Shown: in pieces, positions 1 through 9,208 of the stretch
How positions within the stretch are numbered: the first letter of the stretch is position 1
How the letters are laid out: each line of letters begins with the position of its first letter
Source of the DNA: a bacterium
GTDB lineage: Bacteria; Bdellovibrionota_C; UBA2361; CALJRW01
Assembly (NCBI GenBank): GCA_031385045.1
Contig: JANNBC010000025.1
Span: 54,940-118,939, forward strand
Direction of reading: 5' to 3'
DNA length: 64,000 bases
Notes under the pieces: generated by a model
Told to the model about the DNA's origin: nothing
Seen by the model: the letters and a program-made list of their open reading frames with translations, nothing else
The model's database searches: none
Position numbers and translations under genes: made by a program

Positions 1-1133
1 GCCTTAGCTAAGTAACCATCAGAATTAAATTTTACCAACCAAGTTTCCAATTGTACTGAAGTAGGAGCGAAGGCCTGGATCCGATAAATCCCAGGGAGTC
101 CTTTACTCACGGCATATTTGCCCATTAAATGACGAGTAAATGTCATTAATTCTCGCACAGCTTGGGAGTTATTAGTTTGTTGATAATTGGAAAGTTCCAG
201 GTAAGCTAATTTATTTAGAAATTCAGGGTTATTACGATTTTGAATAAATGAACCGACAATTCTAATATTTTCTAAATTAGTTCTTAAGACTGGGTCGCTT
301 ACCTGATTAGGATCATGATAAAAATCTAGCTGTCGACGATTAGTCATCTTTGCTCGGAAGATCTTCACTTTTTTTAAATCTATTGGCCCATTTAAAGGAA
401 CTTGGAACTTAACGATCCAAGCAAAACGTGTTTTTCCTTCTAATAGACTAGTTTCTTTTTCCACGTCATCGCCAATCATCGGTTGATGCCCATGACTTCC
501 ATAAAGTGTATAGCCAAAGCGACTGGCATTCCTAATTAAAGGATCATCTAATGTTAAATTAAAATAGGGAGTAATATCAGCAAACCCCACATAGACTTCA
601 AAGTGATCTCGCTTGGCTCGGACATACAGAACATCATCGTAATCCCCGTAGACAGGTTGATCTTGTTCATCCCGAACACCATCCGAATCAATCGAGATAA
701 AAGGTAGTTCTTGTAGATCAACAAATTTAAGTTTATGCCGATAAAAATTTACTGGTCGAACAGAATCTACAAATAATTTTTTATATAACTGATTAGCCTC
801 TTCGCTAGAAATTTTATAATCAAATTCCGCCGGACTTTTCATGATTCGAAAAAAAGCCATTTGATCAGGCACTAAATTAATTGTTCTGAGATCAAAGGAT
901 TTAGCAATTTGACGATTTTCTTCTAAATCGGGAAGCTCCAAGGCATAGATCTTTAATCTTTGTTTGGTTTTAGCGTCACTTACCTGATAGGTTTTAATAC
1001 TAAGTCCAATTGCACCTCTTAGTTGATCACGGAGATTTAAAACTTGTTGATCTTCACGCGACTGTCTTCGAAATCCAAAGCTTGATAAGTCGAGATGGGT
1101 ATTGTGGAGGTTCGGAGACTGCATTACCACCAT
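1..1133 (-). CDS. RNB-domain (RNase II/RNase R family) protein, 3' end beyond the window edge; not in ORF track
   Basis: Manual translation from ATG at 1133 stays open to base 1. It contains DLQELPFISIDSDGVRDEQDQPVYGDYDDVLYV, FEVYVGFADIT, SLLEGKTRFAW and AVRELMTFTRHLMG...LPGIYRIQ, matching the RNB motifs TID..D.DDA, VHIADV, SL..G..R.A and IEEFM..AN...YRVH. Confidence 0.75.
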   Translation of the reverse strand, partial: MVVMQSPNLHNTHLDLSSFGFRRQSREDQQVLNLRDQLRGAIGLSIKTYQVSDAKTKQRLKIYALELPDLEENRQIAKSFDLRTINLVPDQMAFFRIMKSPAEFDYKISSEEANQLYKKLFVDSVRPVNFYRHKLKFVDLQELPFISIDSDGVRDEQDQPVYGDYDDVLYVRAKRDHFEVYVGFADITPYFNLTLDDPLIRNASRFGYTLYGSHGHQPMIGDDVEKETSLLEGKTRFAWIVKFQVPLNGPIDLKKVKIFRAKMTNRRQLDFYHDPNQVSDPVLRTNLENIRIVGSFIQNRNNPEFLNKLAYLELSNYQQTNNSQAVRELMTFTRHLMGKYAVSKGLPGIYRIQAFAPTSVQLETWLVKFNSDGYLAK

Positions 1134-1211
1134 TATAAGCGATCTTTTTCCTATAGTAACTACATATTTTTAATAAGGGAATGTAATTAGATATAAATCA
1201 GCCTCATTAGT

Positions 1212-2339
1212 CTAAATCTGAAAGTTTACTAGAGTGGCAGGGATAATAACTGCCTGTCCCACTGGTATTGGGTATACTTGATAATCTACTGTGACACTAG
1301 CTTCTCCTGCTAGGCAGAAAATTAGTTGAAGCTGATCCTTAGTTGTAAAGATCTGATCAAGGGTTTGTGCAAATTTACCAATCTTAAAAAAATCATTATC
1401 GGGAATTTTGTAAAAGCTTAGTTCGAAGGTCGGGTTAAGCGTTAGAATCTGAGGAACTTGTTCTTGAAAGTCTAACATTGAAAGTAGAGTTTTCTGATCA
1501 ATATATTTATGTGTTAATCCTCCGCGCACCACATTATCTGAAGGAGCCATACATTCTAATAATTCACCTGATAGGTAAGCATGGGGAATATTAGAATTAA
1601 TAAACAATGCTCCTCCCGGTTCTACGATTACAAAATTGAGTAAATAAAAGCAGAAGATACCAAGATCGCCATTTGGGTATCTTGCTTCTAATTTTATAAT
1701 CTCTTTCTCAAGTTCTGAAGGGACATTCTTTAATTTAAGCCTGGCAAATAGTTTTTGGGATTCTGATTTAATTAGTTCAGCATCCGTATTTACAAGTCGT
1801 TGATAGATTTTTTGATAAGTTAGGTCAGCAAGATCCTCAAGGATATTCTTAAATTCTGGAATAAAGCTTTCATCTTCCTCATTTAGGAAGTTTAATATTT
1901 CAGACTGAGCTCTAAAACCATAAAGCAGCTTAACGGGGGAGATGGCAATTCCAACTTCTGGTTTTGGAAATCTATCGGGGTAATTTTTAGGATCATTAGC
2001 GTGAAGGATTGGCGCGCGCTGGGCATCTGGGTGTGCTTGAATAGATAGCGCTTCATTTACAGAGAGGACTTTAAAGAGAAAGGGGAGACTGGCTCCAAAT
2101 TTTCCTAGCACCTCTTTCCCTAATATTGCCGGAGTAAATTTAATTTCTTCTAAAAGGTTATTTGGGGAATCTGTAATTTTAGCTGGCGCTTTAGGGTGAG
2201 TTCCAAACCAAAGTTCCGCAAACTTTCCTGTTTTTGATTCGTAGCCAAAAGGATTAGAAATGATCGAAGTTTCATCTTTTCCCCAATCATATTCTTGAAC
2301 GATGCCTTTGATCTTGATTATTGGGGATTTTATAGTCAT
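1212..2339 (-). CDS. manA: mannose-6-phosphate isomerase, class I
   Basis: QEYDWG, AELWFGTHP, LSIQAHP, KPE, PHAYLSG and SDNVVRGGLT motifs. Confidence 0.93.
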   Translation of the reverse strand: MTIKSPIIKIKGIVQEYDWGKDETSIISNPFGYESKTGKFAELWFGTHPKAPAKITDSPNNLLEEIKFTPAILGKEVLGKFGASLPFLFKVLSVNEALSIQAHPDAQRAPILHANDPKNYPDRFPKPEVGIAISPVKLLYGFRAQSEILNFLNEEDESFIPEFKNILEDLADLTYQKIYQRLVNTDAELIKSESQKLFARLKLKNVPSELEKEIIKLEARYPNGDLGIFCFYLLNFVIVEPGGALFINSNIPHAYLSGELLECMAPSDNVVRGGLTHKYIDQKTLLSMLDFQEQVPQILTLNPTFELSFYKIPDNDFFKIGKFAQTLDQIFTTKDQLQLIFCLAGEASVTVDYQVYPIPVGQAVIIPATLVNFQI

Positions 2340-2526
2340 GGAATAGATTATAGTAAATTAAGTGGCAAATTGTCGATGCTCACAGCAAAAGAGTAGTTCA
2401 ATTTAACAACCCAATTTCCTTCAATCAGTCCTGCTAAAAAGCCTGTAATTCCTAAAAAGACTTTAATTTTACTTACTTAAAGAATTAATATAAAAGGAGG
2501 CCAGTATTTTTAAAATTAATCTATCT

Positions 2527-4338
2527 GTGAAACAAAACGAAGAAATCCGTAATATCGCCATTATTGCCCACGTTGACCATGGGAAAACAACTTTAGTAGA
2601 TCATTTGTTCAAGCAAAGTGGTTTATTTCGGGAAAACCAAAACGTGGAAGATCGAGCCATGGATAGTGGGGATCTAGAAAAAGAGCGTGGGATTACCATC
2701 ACTGCTAAAAACTGTTCCGTTAAACGCGGCAAAACTAAGATCAATATCCTAGATACTCCAGGTCACGCCGATTTTGGTGGTGAAGTGGAACGTGCCTTGA
2801 TGATGGTGGATGGTGTAATTCTATTGGTTGATGCTGCTGAAGGACCATTGCCTCAAACCCGTTTTGTTCTTAAAAAATCTTTAGAAAGAGGTCTGCCGAT
2901 TATTGTTGTCCTAAACAAAATCGATCGTCAAGATGCAAGACCTGCAGAAGTTTTAAACGAAATTTATGATTTATTTATTGACCTTGATGCCAATGAAGAT
3001 CAGCTAGATTTTCCTGTGCTTTACGCTATTGCTCGTGATGGTATTGCCAAGCGTGCCTTAACAGATGAGAATGTTAATTTAGATCCACTTTTTGATGAAA
3101 TTATTAATTTCTTACCAGCTCCTAAGTACGATGAGAATGAGCCCTTTGGTATGTTAGTAGCAAACGTTAGTTACTCTGATTATCTAGGCAAGTTAGCAAT
3201 TGGTCGGATCTTTAATGGTGTAATTAATCCTGGTGATAAATTGGCTAGGATTGATGAGCAGGAACAAGTTACTAGTCTTAAGTCTGTGGTAGTTCAGGTG
3301 TATGAAGGTCTTGATATCAAAAAACTTGATTCAACTGCAGCGGCAGGAGAAATTGTAGTAGTTTCCGGAATGGAAGATGTGAAAATTGGAGATACTATTT
3401 GTTCTGCTGAAAATCCAAGAGTTCTTCCAAGGATTTCAATTGATCCACCAACAGTTTCCATGAAATTCTTTGCCAATACTTCACCGCTTTGTGGTCAAGA
3501 AGGAACTATTGTTCAAGCTCAGAAGATTGGTGATCGCTTAATGAAAGAGTCACTTTATAACGTAGCACTGAAGATTGAAAAAAGTGAAGATGATGATTCT
3601 TTTGTAGTTAAAGGTCGTGGTGAATTACAGATGGCCATTCTAATCGAAACTATGCGCCGTGAAGGTTTTGAACTAACAGTTGGGCGACCAGAGATTATCT
3701 TTAAAGAAGTTGATGGTGCACGTCATGAGCCGATTGAGCATTTGATGATTGACTGCGGAGAAGAGCACGTTGGTGTGATTAGTGAAAAGCTATCAAAGCG
3801 TAAAGGTCGAATGACTAATCTTGTGAATCACGGTTCTGGTCGTGTTCGTTTAGAATTTTCTGTTCCTTCTAGAGCTTTAATTGGTTTTAGAAATGAATTC
3901 TTAACTGATACTAAAGGAAGCGGGATGTTGAATTCTTATGTTGAAGGATATGAAGAGTACCGTGGTGATTTCGAAAATCGTCAAAATGGTTCTTTAGTTT
4001 CAGACCGTGCCGGAGTCGCTGTTGCCTATGGTTTATTCGGCTTAGAAGATCGTGGTCGAATGCTGGTAAATCCTGGAGATGCTGTGTACGAAGGAATGAT
4101 TATTGGGGAGCATGCTCGTTACAATGATCTTAACGTAAATCCTTGCAAAGCTAAAAAATTAAGTAATATGAGAACGGCTGGTAAGGATGATAACATTCTC
4201 CTTACTCCCGTAACTAAGATGAGCTTGGAGCGAGCAATCGAAATGATTCGTGAAGACGAGTTAGTAGAAGTAACTCCAAAGAATGTTCGCTTACGGAAGA
4301 AATTCCTTTCACCAAACATGCGAAAAGATCGCTTGTAA
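2527..4338 (+). CDS. typA: translational GTPase TypA/BipA
   Basis: IAIIAHVDHGKTT, ERGITI, DTPGH, NKID, GRGEL and the C-terminal KKLSNMR...ELVEVTP..RLRK segment. Confidence 0.97.
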   Translation: MKQNEEIRNIAIIAHVDHGKTTLVDHLFKQSGLFRENQNVEDRAMDSGDLEKERGITITAKNCSVKRGKTKINILDTPGHADFGGEVERALMMVDGVILLVDAAEGPLPQTRFVLKKSLERGLPIIVVLNKIDRQDARPAEVLNEIYDLFIDLDANEDQLDFPVLYAIARDGIAKRALTDENVNLDPLFDEIINFLPAPKYDENEPFGMLVANVSYSDYLGKLAIGRIFNGVINPGDKLARIDEQEQVTSLKSVVVQVYEGLDIKKLDSTAAAGEIVVVSGMEDVKIGDTICSAENPRVLPRISIDPPTVSMKFFANTSPLCGQEGTIVQAQKIGDRLMKESLYNVALKIEKSEDDDSFVVKGRGELQMAILIETMRREGFELTVGRPEIIFKEVDGARHEPIEHLMIDCGEEHVGVISEKLSKRKGRMTNLVNHGSGRVRLEFSVPSRALIGFRNEFLTDTKGSGMLNSYVEGYEEYRGDFENRQNGSLVSDRAGVAVAYGLFGLEDRGRMLVNPGDAVYEGMIIGEHARYNDLNVNPCKAKKLSNMRTAGKDDNILLTPVTKMSLERAIEMIREDELVEVTPKNVRLRKKFLSPNMRKDRL

Positions 4339-4350
4339 TTTCAAACGATT

Positions 4351-4500
4351 GAGGGGGATTGCGACTTTTTACGTAGCTGTTCACGTGCTAGGTAAAAGTC
4401 TTTTGCCAAGATGCTCAAAGAAAGCAGATCTAGCTATTTCTTTGTCAAAATCTGAACGATTTTGTCCATTGGTGTGAACGGCTAGTCGTCTCTCCCCCTT
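4351..4500 (+). ncRNA. candidate structured RNA or palindromic element downstream of typA
   Basis: Nested stems 4351-58/4493-4500, 4361-65/4485-89 and 4374-84/4474-84 enclose three hairpins. G-U pairs favour the + strand. Confidence 0.4.
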
Positions 4501-4520
4501 CGCTAAAGCTACGGGAGGAC
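4491..4520. repeat. REP-like hairpin, CCTWCGC-loop-GCTWCGG family (copy 1)
   Basis: ccccttcgctaaagctacgggagg; the same core occurs at 8345, 43424 and 44092. Confidence 0.65.
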
Positions 4521-4634
4521 AAGCTACCCCCAATTTACTTCGTAAATTGACCCCTTATAGGGGATTTGATCTTTCTTTATAATGACTACCTGAACGCTTA
4601 CCTTTTTACTTAACTTAATCATTTTGATTTAATT

Positions 4635-5105
4635 ATGAAATCTGTGGCAATCTTCCTTAGAGCTATTGGCTTCATTCTTTCGGCAGGATTGTTTCTAATT
4701 TCTGCCTACACCCTTAGTGATTATTATTATTTTAAATTCTTTTCTGTTAAGGCGGAAGGAATTATCACTTCTGTCCAAATTCCGGAAGTGCACTCTCGTT
4801 TAGCACAGGCTTCTAATGCCAATCACTCAATAATTAGTGAAGCAGAATATTCTCCTAATTATCAGATTGATTATCAAGATTTAAATCACCAACCACAGAG
4901 CGGAGTCTTAGTTGGCCTGATTGGTCAGGCAATCTATAAGTCAGGTGATGTTATTCAGTTTTCCTATCTTCAGAGTAATACTCAAAAACTTAGACAGGTA
5001 GAATCCGAAAATCCTTGGCCTACAGTTAGCTTATGTTTATTTATTGCCTGTATCCTCTTAGCGTTCAGCCTGAGATCTGGTTTTAGAAAAAGAGTGAGTT
5101 ATTAA
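4635..5105 (+). CDS. membrane protein, DUF3592-like
   Basis: N- and C-terminal TM helices flank a beta-rich domain (AEGIITSV...Y..GDVIQFSY). Confidence 0.6.
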   Translation: MKSVAIFLRAIGFILSAGLFLISAYTLSDYYYFKFFSVKAEGIITSVQIPEVHSRLAQASNANHSIISEAEYSPNYQIDYQDLNHQPQSGVLVGLIGQAIYKSGDVIQFSYLQSNTQKLRQVESENPWPTVSLCLFIACILLAFSLRSGFRKRVSY

Positions 5106-6244
5106 GCACCAACTATTTGTGGGTAAGATTTAGTAGAAATCATTTGCTCACTACCAACGCAAATCCGTAGCATTTTTCGAAATCTAACAAAGACACTTTC
5201 TTGGATATAGGGAATCTTGTATTTTAGACAAAGCGCTTTTACTTCTGGTTGTACTTCTCGATATTTAAGCATTGGAAGATCGGGGAATAGGTGATGTTCA
5301 ATTTGGTAGTTAAGCCAAATTTGTAAATAGTCCTGCCATTCTTTACCGCAATGATAATTAACTGACGTTAATACCTGGGTTAGATAAAACTGTTCTTTAT
5401 TATCATAGTGAAATTCATAGCGATGTAAATCGTCCCCGGCATGATTTGGTCCAATAATTAAGAAAGAATGAAAATTGGTAATCATTTCTGCTAGCACCTT
5501 ATTGATTAATACAAACAGAGCTGCCTGTGGGCTAATTAGTAAAAATAGAGCGGGAATAGCAATAAAGTGGAAAGTGAAATAGGGTAGATAGCATTGTAGC
5601 CAAAGTCTTCTAACTTGTACTTTTTGAAAAGAAAGTAGATCACGGAGAGATAAAAACTTTACCTGATCCTTATCGATTCGTTGATACTTCTCATCTAAGC
5701 AACTAATTGTATTTAGCGCATAATAGGTGAATTTCCAGCTAATGCAGAAAAAGAACATAAAAATATACTTACACCAGATAGGCAGCGATAATTTTCTTAA
5801 GAATTCTGCATTTCTCTCGACAAGGTCTGGATCTTGATGTTCCCCAGTATGGTAATGGTGAAGAATATTATGTTCATAGTCCCAACCACTAGGGTGAATC
5901 CAATCAAACCAATCAATAAAACGACGATTCCCTTTGGCAAACCCTTTACTTGTATAGCGAGTTGGGATGTTAGGCACTCGGTCGTAGCCACGGTGCATAA
6001 TGTGATGTGCCATTAGCCAACGTGTAAATTGTCCTAGGCTTAAAAGAAATGCACTAATCGGGTTAGGAAGAATCCAAGCAGTTAGATAGCCAAAAAAAGT
6101 CGCAATCCTTCCGTAGCTTTCCACTTTTTTTAAATGCTGATAATCTTTACTAGAAATTGAAGCGTAAATGCGCTGCTTGATTTCCCCAAGTTCAGCAGTA
6201 AAGTTTTTAATATCTTCTTTCGAGAATTGATTGGTAACATCCAT
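5102..6244 (-). CDS. membrane fatty acid desaturase (DesA3-like)
   Basis: His boxes HHIMH, HNILHH and QIEHH. Confidence 0.9.
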   Translation of the reverse strand: MDVTNQFSKEDIKNFTAELGEIKQRIYASISSKDYQHLKKVESYGRIATFFGYLTAWILPNPISAFLLSLGQFTRWLMAHHIMHRGYDRVPNIPTRYTSKGFAKGNRRFIDWFDWIHPSGWDYEHNILHHYHTGEHQDPDLVERNAEFLRKLSLPIWCKYIFMFFFCISWKFTYYALNTISCLDEKYQRIDKDQVKFLSLRDLLSFQKVQVRRLWLQCYLPYFTFHFIAIPALFLLISPQAALFVLINKVLAEMITNFHSFLIIGPNHAGDDLHRYEFHYDNKEQFYLTQVLTSVNYHCGKEWQDYLQIWLNYQIEHHLFPDLPMLKYREVQPEVKALCLKYKIPYIQESVFVRFRKMLRICVGSEQMISTKSYPQIVGA

Positions 6245-6302
6245 TAATGGTGTTTATAAACTTTAAGACTTGAAGGGGCAAGCATAATAGGTGGGTATTT
6301 AT

Positions 6303-6707
6303 ATGACAAAAATAACTGGAAGATATCTTACTGGACTTAAGGTTGAGTCAACTCATTTAGACTCAGGAAGCAAATTTACCACAGTTGCGCCAAAGGATAA
6401 TAACGGGGACGGTAGCTCATTTTCCCCCTCAGATACAGTAGCCAGTGCTTTGGCTTCTTGTATGCTAACAATTTGTGGGATTAAAGCCAAGAAGGAAAAT
6501 CATTCCTTAGCAGGTGCTCATTACGAGATTGAAAAAATTATGCAATCTAATCCACGTCGCATAGGTAAATTAGTGTTAACAATTAATTTACCCTTATCCA
6601 TCCCAGAGAATGCAAGAGCAGGGTATGAAGATGCCTTAAAAAATTGTCCTGTACATCATAGTTTGCATCCCGATATCGAGCTGGATCTAACTATTAAATA
6701 CTTATAG
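6303..6707 (+). CDS. OsmC family protein
   Basis: PKDNNGDG..FSPSD, ALASC and CPVHHSL. ATG at 6303 preferred over GTG at 6291. Confidence 0.88.
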   Translation: MTKITGRYLTGLKVESTHLDSGSKFTTVAPKDNNGDGSSFSPSDTVASALASCMLTICGIKAKKENHSLAGAHYEIEKIMQSNPRRIGKLVLTINLPLSIPENARAGYEDALKNCPVHHSLHPDIELDLTIKYL

Positions 6708-6726
6708 CTATACCACCTCGAGCAGA

Positions 6727-7371
6727 CTAATCATCTAATTCTACAGCTGCAGTATTATTAATTAAATAGGTATGATTGATCGGTCCCCATTGATGAGTCG
6801 TTTCACAGTAGGCCTTTAAGCTGTAAGTTGGAATATCAAGATACCAGGCATGTAACTTTACCTGATTTTTCTTAATTTTCTTGGCAATAAAATCAACCTC
6901 TTTTAATTTATTAATTTGATTCATTACGTGATGTTGCACATTATAGAGCAATGATCTTTTGGGGTTTAGATCTTTATCACCAGAGCCTACTTCTAGCCAT
7001 TTATAAATCTCTTCGTATCTCTGTAAATTTTTAGGATTGAGAATAGCTTTAACCGCGCCACAATCTGAGTGCCCACAGATTATAATATGTTTAACTTTTA
7101 AGATTTCTACAGCAAACTCAATTGAACCAAGGGAGCCACAGTGTCCTTCGTATGGAGAGGTAATAATATTACCAGCATTTCTGACTACAAAAACTTCTCC
7201 AGGCTTAGCACCCATCAAAAAATATGGTTCTACACGCGAGTCGGAGCAGGTGATAAGTAATATTTCAGGATTTTGATTATTAGCTAACTTAAATAGTTGC
7301 TTCTTCTCTTGGATGCTGAGGTTTCTCTGTAATTTATTATAACGAAGAATTAGCTTTTGAATAATATCCAT
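6727..7371 (-). CDS. beta-class carbonic anhydrase
   Basis: CSDSR, RNAGN and GHSDCGAV motifs. Confidence 0.93.
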   Translation of the reverse strand: MDIIQKLILRYNKLQRNLSIQEKKQLFKLANNQNPEILLITCSDSRVEPYFLMGAKPGEVFVVRNAGNIITSPYEGHCGSLGSIEFAVEILKVKHIIICGHSDCGAVKAILNPKNLQRYEEIYKWLEVGSGDKDLNPKRSLLYNVQHHVMNQINKLKEVDFIAKKIKKNQVKLHAWYLDIPTYSLKAYCETTHQWGPINHTYLINNTAAVELDD

Positions 7372-7490
7372 TACAAATAATCAGGGTGAGATAAAGTTCT
7401 AGCTAATATTTTAGAATAGTTTTTTCAAAAGGAAAATGCTTATTTAAAATTTTTGCGGAATAAATAGTTTTTGGAGGTTTCAAGTCATGA

Positions 7491-8300
7491 TTAACTTGAG
7501 GCCGAGGAGTAATTTTTCAGTCCTTGATTCCAAACTATTTTAATTAAAAAGAGCATCAGAATAAAGGTTATAATCATTGTCCCAAACATTTGATAATCAT
7601 GAAAATTAAGTAAAAATCTTACTGGCCCAGAGGCAACCATTAGAATTGGAATTAAATAAAGTAGTAAAAAGCGAATCTTATTTTGAAAAACAAAGTCTGG
7701 CCAAAAAACAAATTGCGAAACTTGATAACGTAGATAATTTAAACCGAGACCCTGAACTGTCCAGAATGATAAAAGAGTAATTAGGATTAGCAGAGTAGAA
7801 ACAAAAACTCCGGCAAAGATGATGACAAATGGTAGTAAGACCCAGCCTAAAAGACTAAGCCCGACATGCCAGGCGGCATAAATTAGAATCCCAACTGGGA
7901 ACCAAAGAATTAGTAAGGAGCCTGCCGATATATATGTAAAGAAGACTGAGAGGATTTCTGAGGCAGGTTTTAATAATTTAAAATCTAATTGTCCACGTTT
8001 TAGATCGTCCTCTGAGAATCTCCAAAGATTTCCGACTACGAAAGTATAGAATAGATCCATGGCGGTTACAGAAAAGGCCCAAAAGAAAATAAATTCCTCA
8101 CGAGTCCAGCCGCTAATTTCTTTGACATTATTAAATAGTACTTCAATTGTTAATAATTGAGTTCCATAGAAAACAATTTCTTCCAAGACGCCCATAAAGA
8201 AGTTTGTTCTGAAGCTAAGTGTTTTGATTAAATTAATCCTTAAGAATTGTTTCCAGAGTTTTATGTTGTGGGTAATGTTCATTTTATTTTTGATTTTCAA
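7491..8300 (-). CDS. ABC-2 family transporter permease (start may be ATG at 8282)
   Basis: About 6 TM helices, GQLDFKLLKP motif, C-terminal GLKNYSSASS. Confidence 0.85.
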   Translation of the reverse strand: MKIKNKMNITHNIKLWKQFLRINLIKTLSFRTNFFMGVLEEIVFYGTQLLTIEVLFNNVKEISGWTREEFIFFWAFSVTAMDLFYTFVVGNLWRFSEDDLKRGQLDFKLLKPASEILSVFFTYISAGSLLILWFPVGILIYAAWHVGLSLLGWVLLPFVIIFAGVFVSTLLILITLLSFWTVQGLGLNYLRYQVSQFVFWPDFVFQNKIRFLLLYLIPILMVASGPVRFLLNFHDYQMFGTMIITFILMLFLIKIVWNQGLKNYSSASS

Positions 8301-8413
8301 GAATTTATCAAAGATAAATAATTTATTTCAATATGTTTCAAGCAATCCGCCTACGCCAAGGCTTCGGCGGGATGATTTTTAATAATTTATCTTTGATAAA
8401 TTATTAAAAATCA
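8291..8413. repeat. composite palindromic element containing REP-like copy 2 (8345-8373)
   Basis: Perfect 19-bp-arm palindrome at 8373-8413, a degenerate copy at 8291-8323, and ccgcctacgccaaggcttcggcgg between them. Confidence 0.7.
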
Positions 8414-9208
8414 CATTCCTGAGGCGGTGTATAGTTTTAGACCTCTTCTCCACAGAAAATTACAGAATAATAAACTTAATAGTGACCAGCTAATTACCGC
8501 AATAAAACAGTTGATAATTTCAGTGTTAGTAGCCAGTCCCATTCCAATTTTAACTGGGAAGTAGGTCATAAATGGGAAGGGGGTGAGGTAGAGTATTTTT
8601 TGAATAGCGGAAGGGAACATATCAATTGGAAAAATTGCACCAGAGAGTAGGTTAACTAAAGTCACTAAGATAATCCTAAAAGTCCAAGTCTCTTCCAACC
8701 AAAAAGCAATTAGGCCTAGGGCAAAACGTAAGAAGAACCACAAGATTGAGACGAAAATACTGACAGATAGAAATAGGATTAGGCCAATTGGTTCGATTTG
8801 GATCATTCCAAGAAGTGCAAAGACGATAATCGAAAAAAAAGAAATGACTAATTGGAGAATGCTGAACGCTAAAAAACTAGCAAAATGAAACTTCCAAAAA
8901 CTAAAAGGATAAATTAAATAAGAGCTAATTCTTCCTAATCTGATATCTTCAGCTAAGCTTCTTTCGCTATATGAGCTAGTCAGTAAAGAAAAGATTAAGA
9001 TCCAGCACTGGTAACTAAGCATCATTTCCAAAGTAAAACCAGCAATGATTTGTTTGGAATTACTTTGGTAAATTACAGAAAATAAATTGTATTTAATTGC
9101 TAGAAATAAAATTGCTGGAATAATAGCAGTTGATAAGAAGTCTAGTTTATAGGCTAAGTATTGATTCCAATTTGTCTTAATTGTGGCGAACCATTTATTT
9201 TGTGGCAT
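8411..9208 (-). CDS. ABC-2 family transporter permease
   Basis: DIRLGRISSYLIYP, LSGAIFPIDMFP, RGLKLYTASG. Confidence 0.87.
   Translation of the reverse strand: MPQNKWFATIKTNWNQYLAYKLDFLSTAIIPAILFLAIKYNLFSVIYQSNSKQIIAGFTLEMMLSYQCWILIFSLLTSSYSERSLAEDIRLGRISSYLIYPFSFWKFHFASFLAFSILQLVISFFSIIVFALLGMIQIEPIGLILFLSVSIFVSILWFFLRFALGLIAFWLEETWTFRIILVTLVNLLSGAIFPIDMFPSAIQKILYLTPFPFMTYFPVKIGMGLATNTEIINCFIAVISWSLLSLLFCNFLWRRGLKLYTASGM

Noticed and set aside
4283..4477. 64-aa ORF overlapping the typA 3' end
   Set aside because: No recognisable motifs; the region is better explained by base-paired structure.
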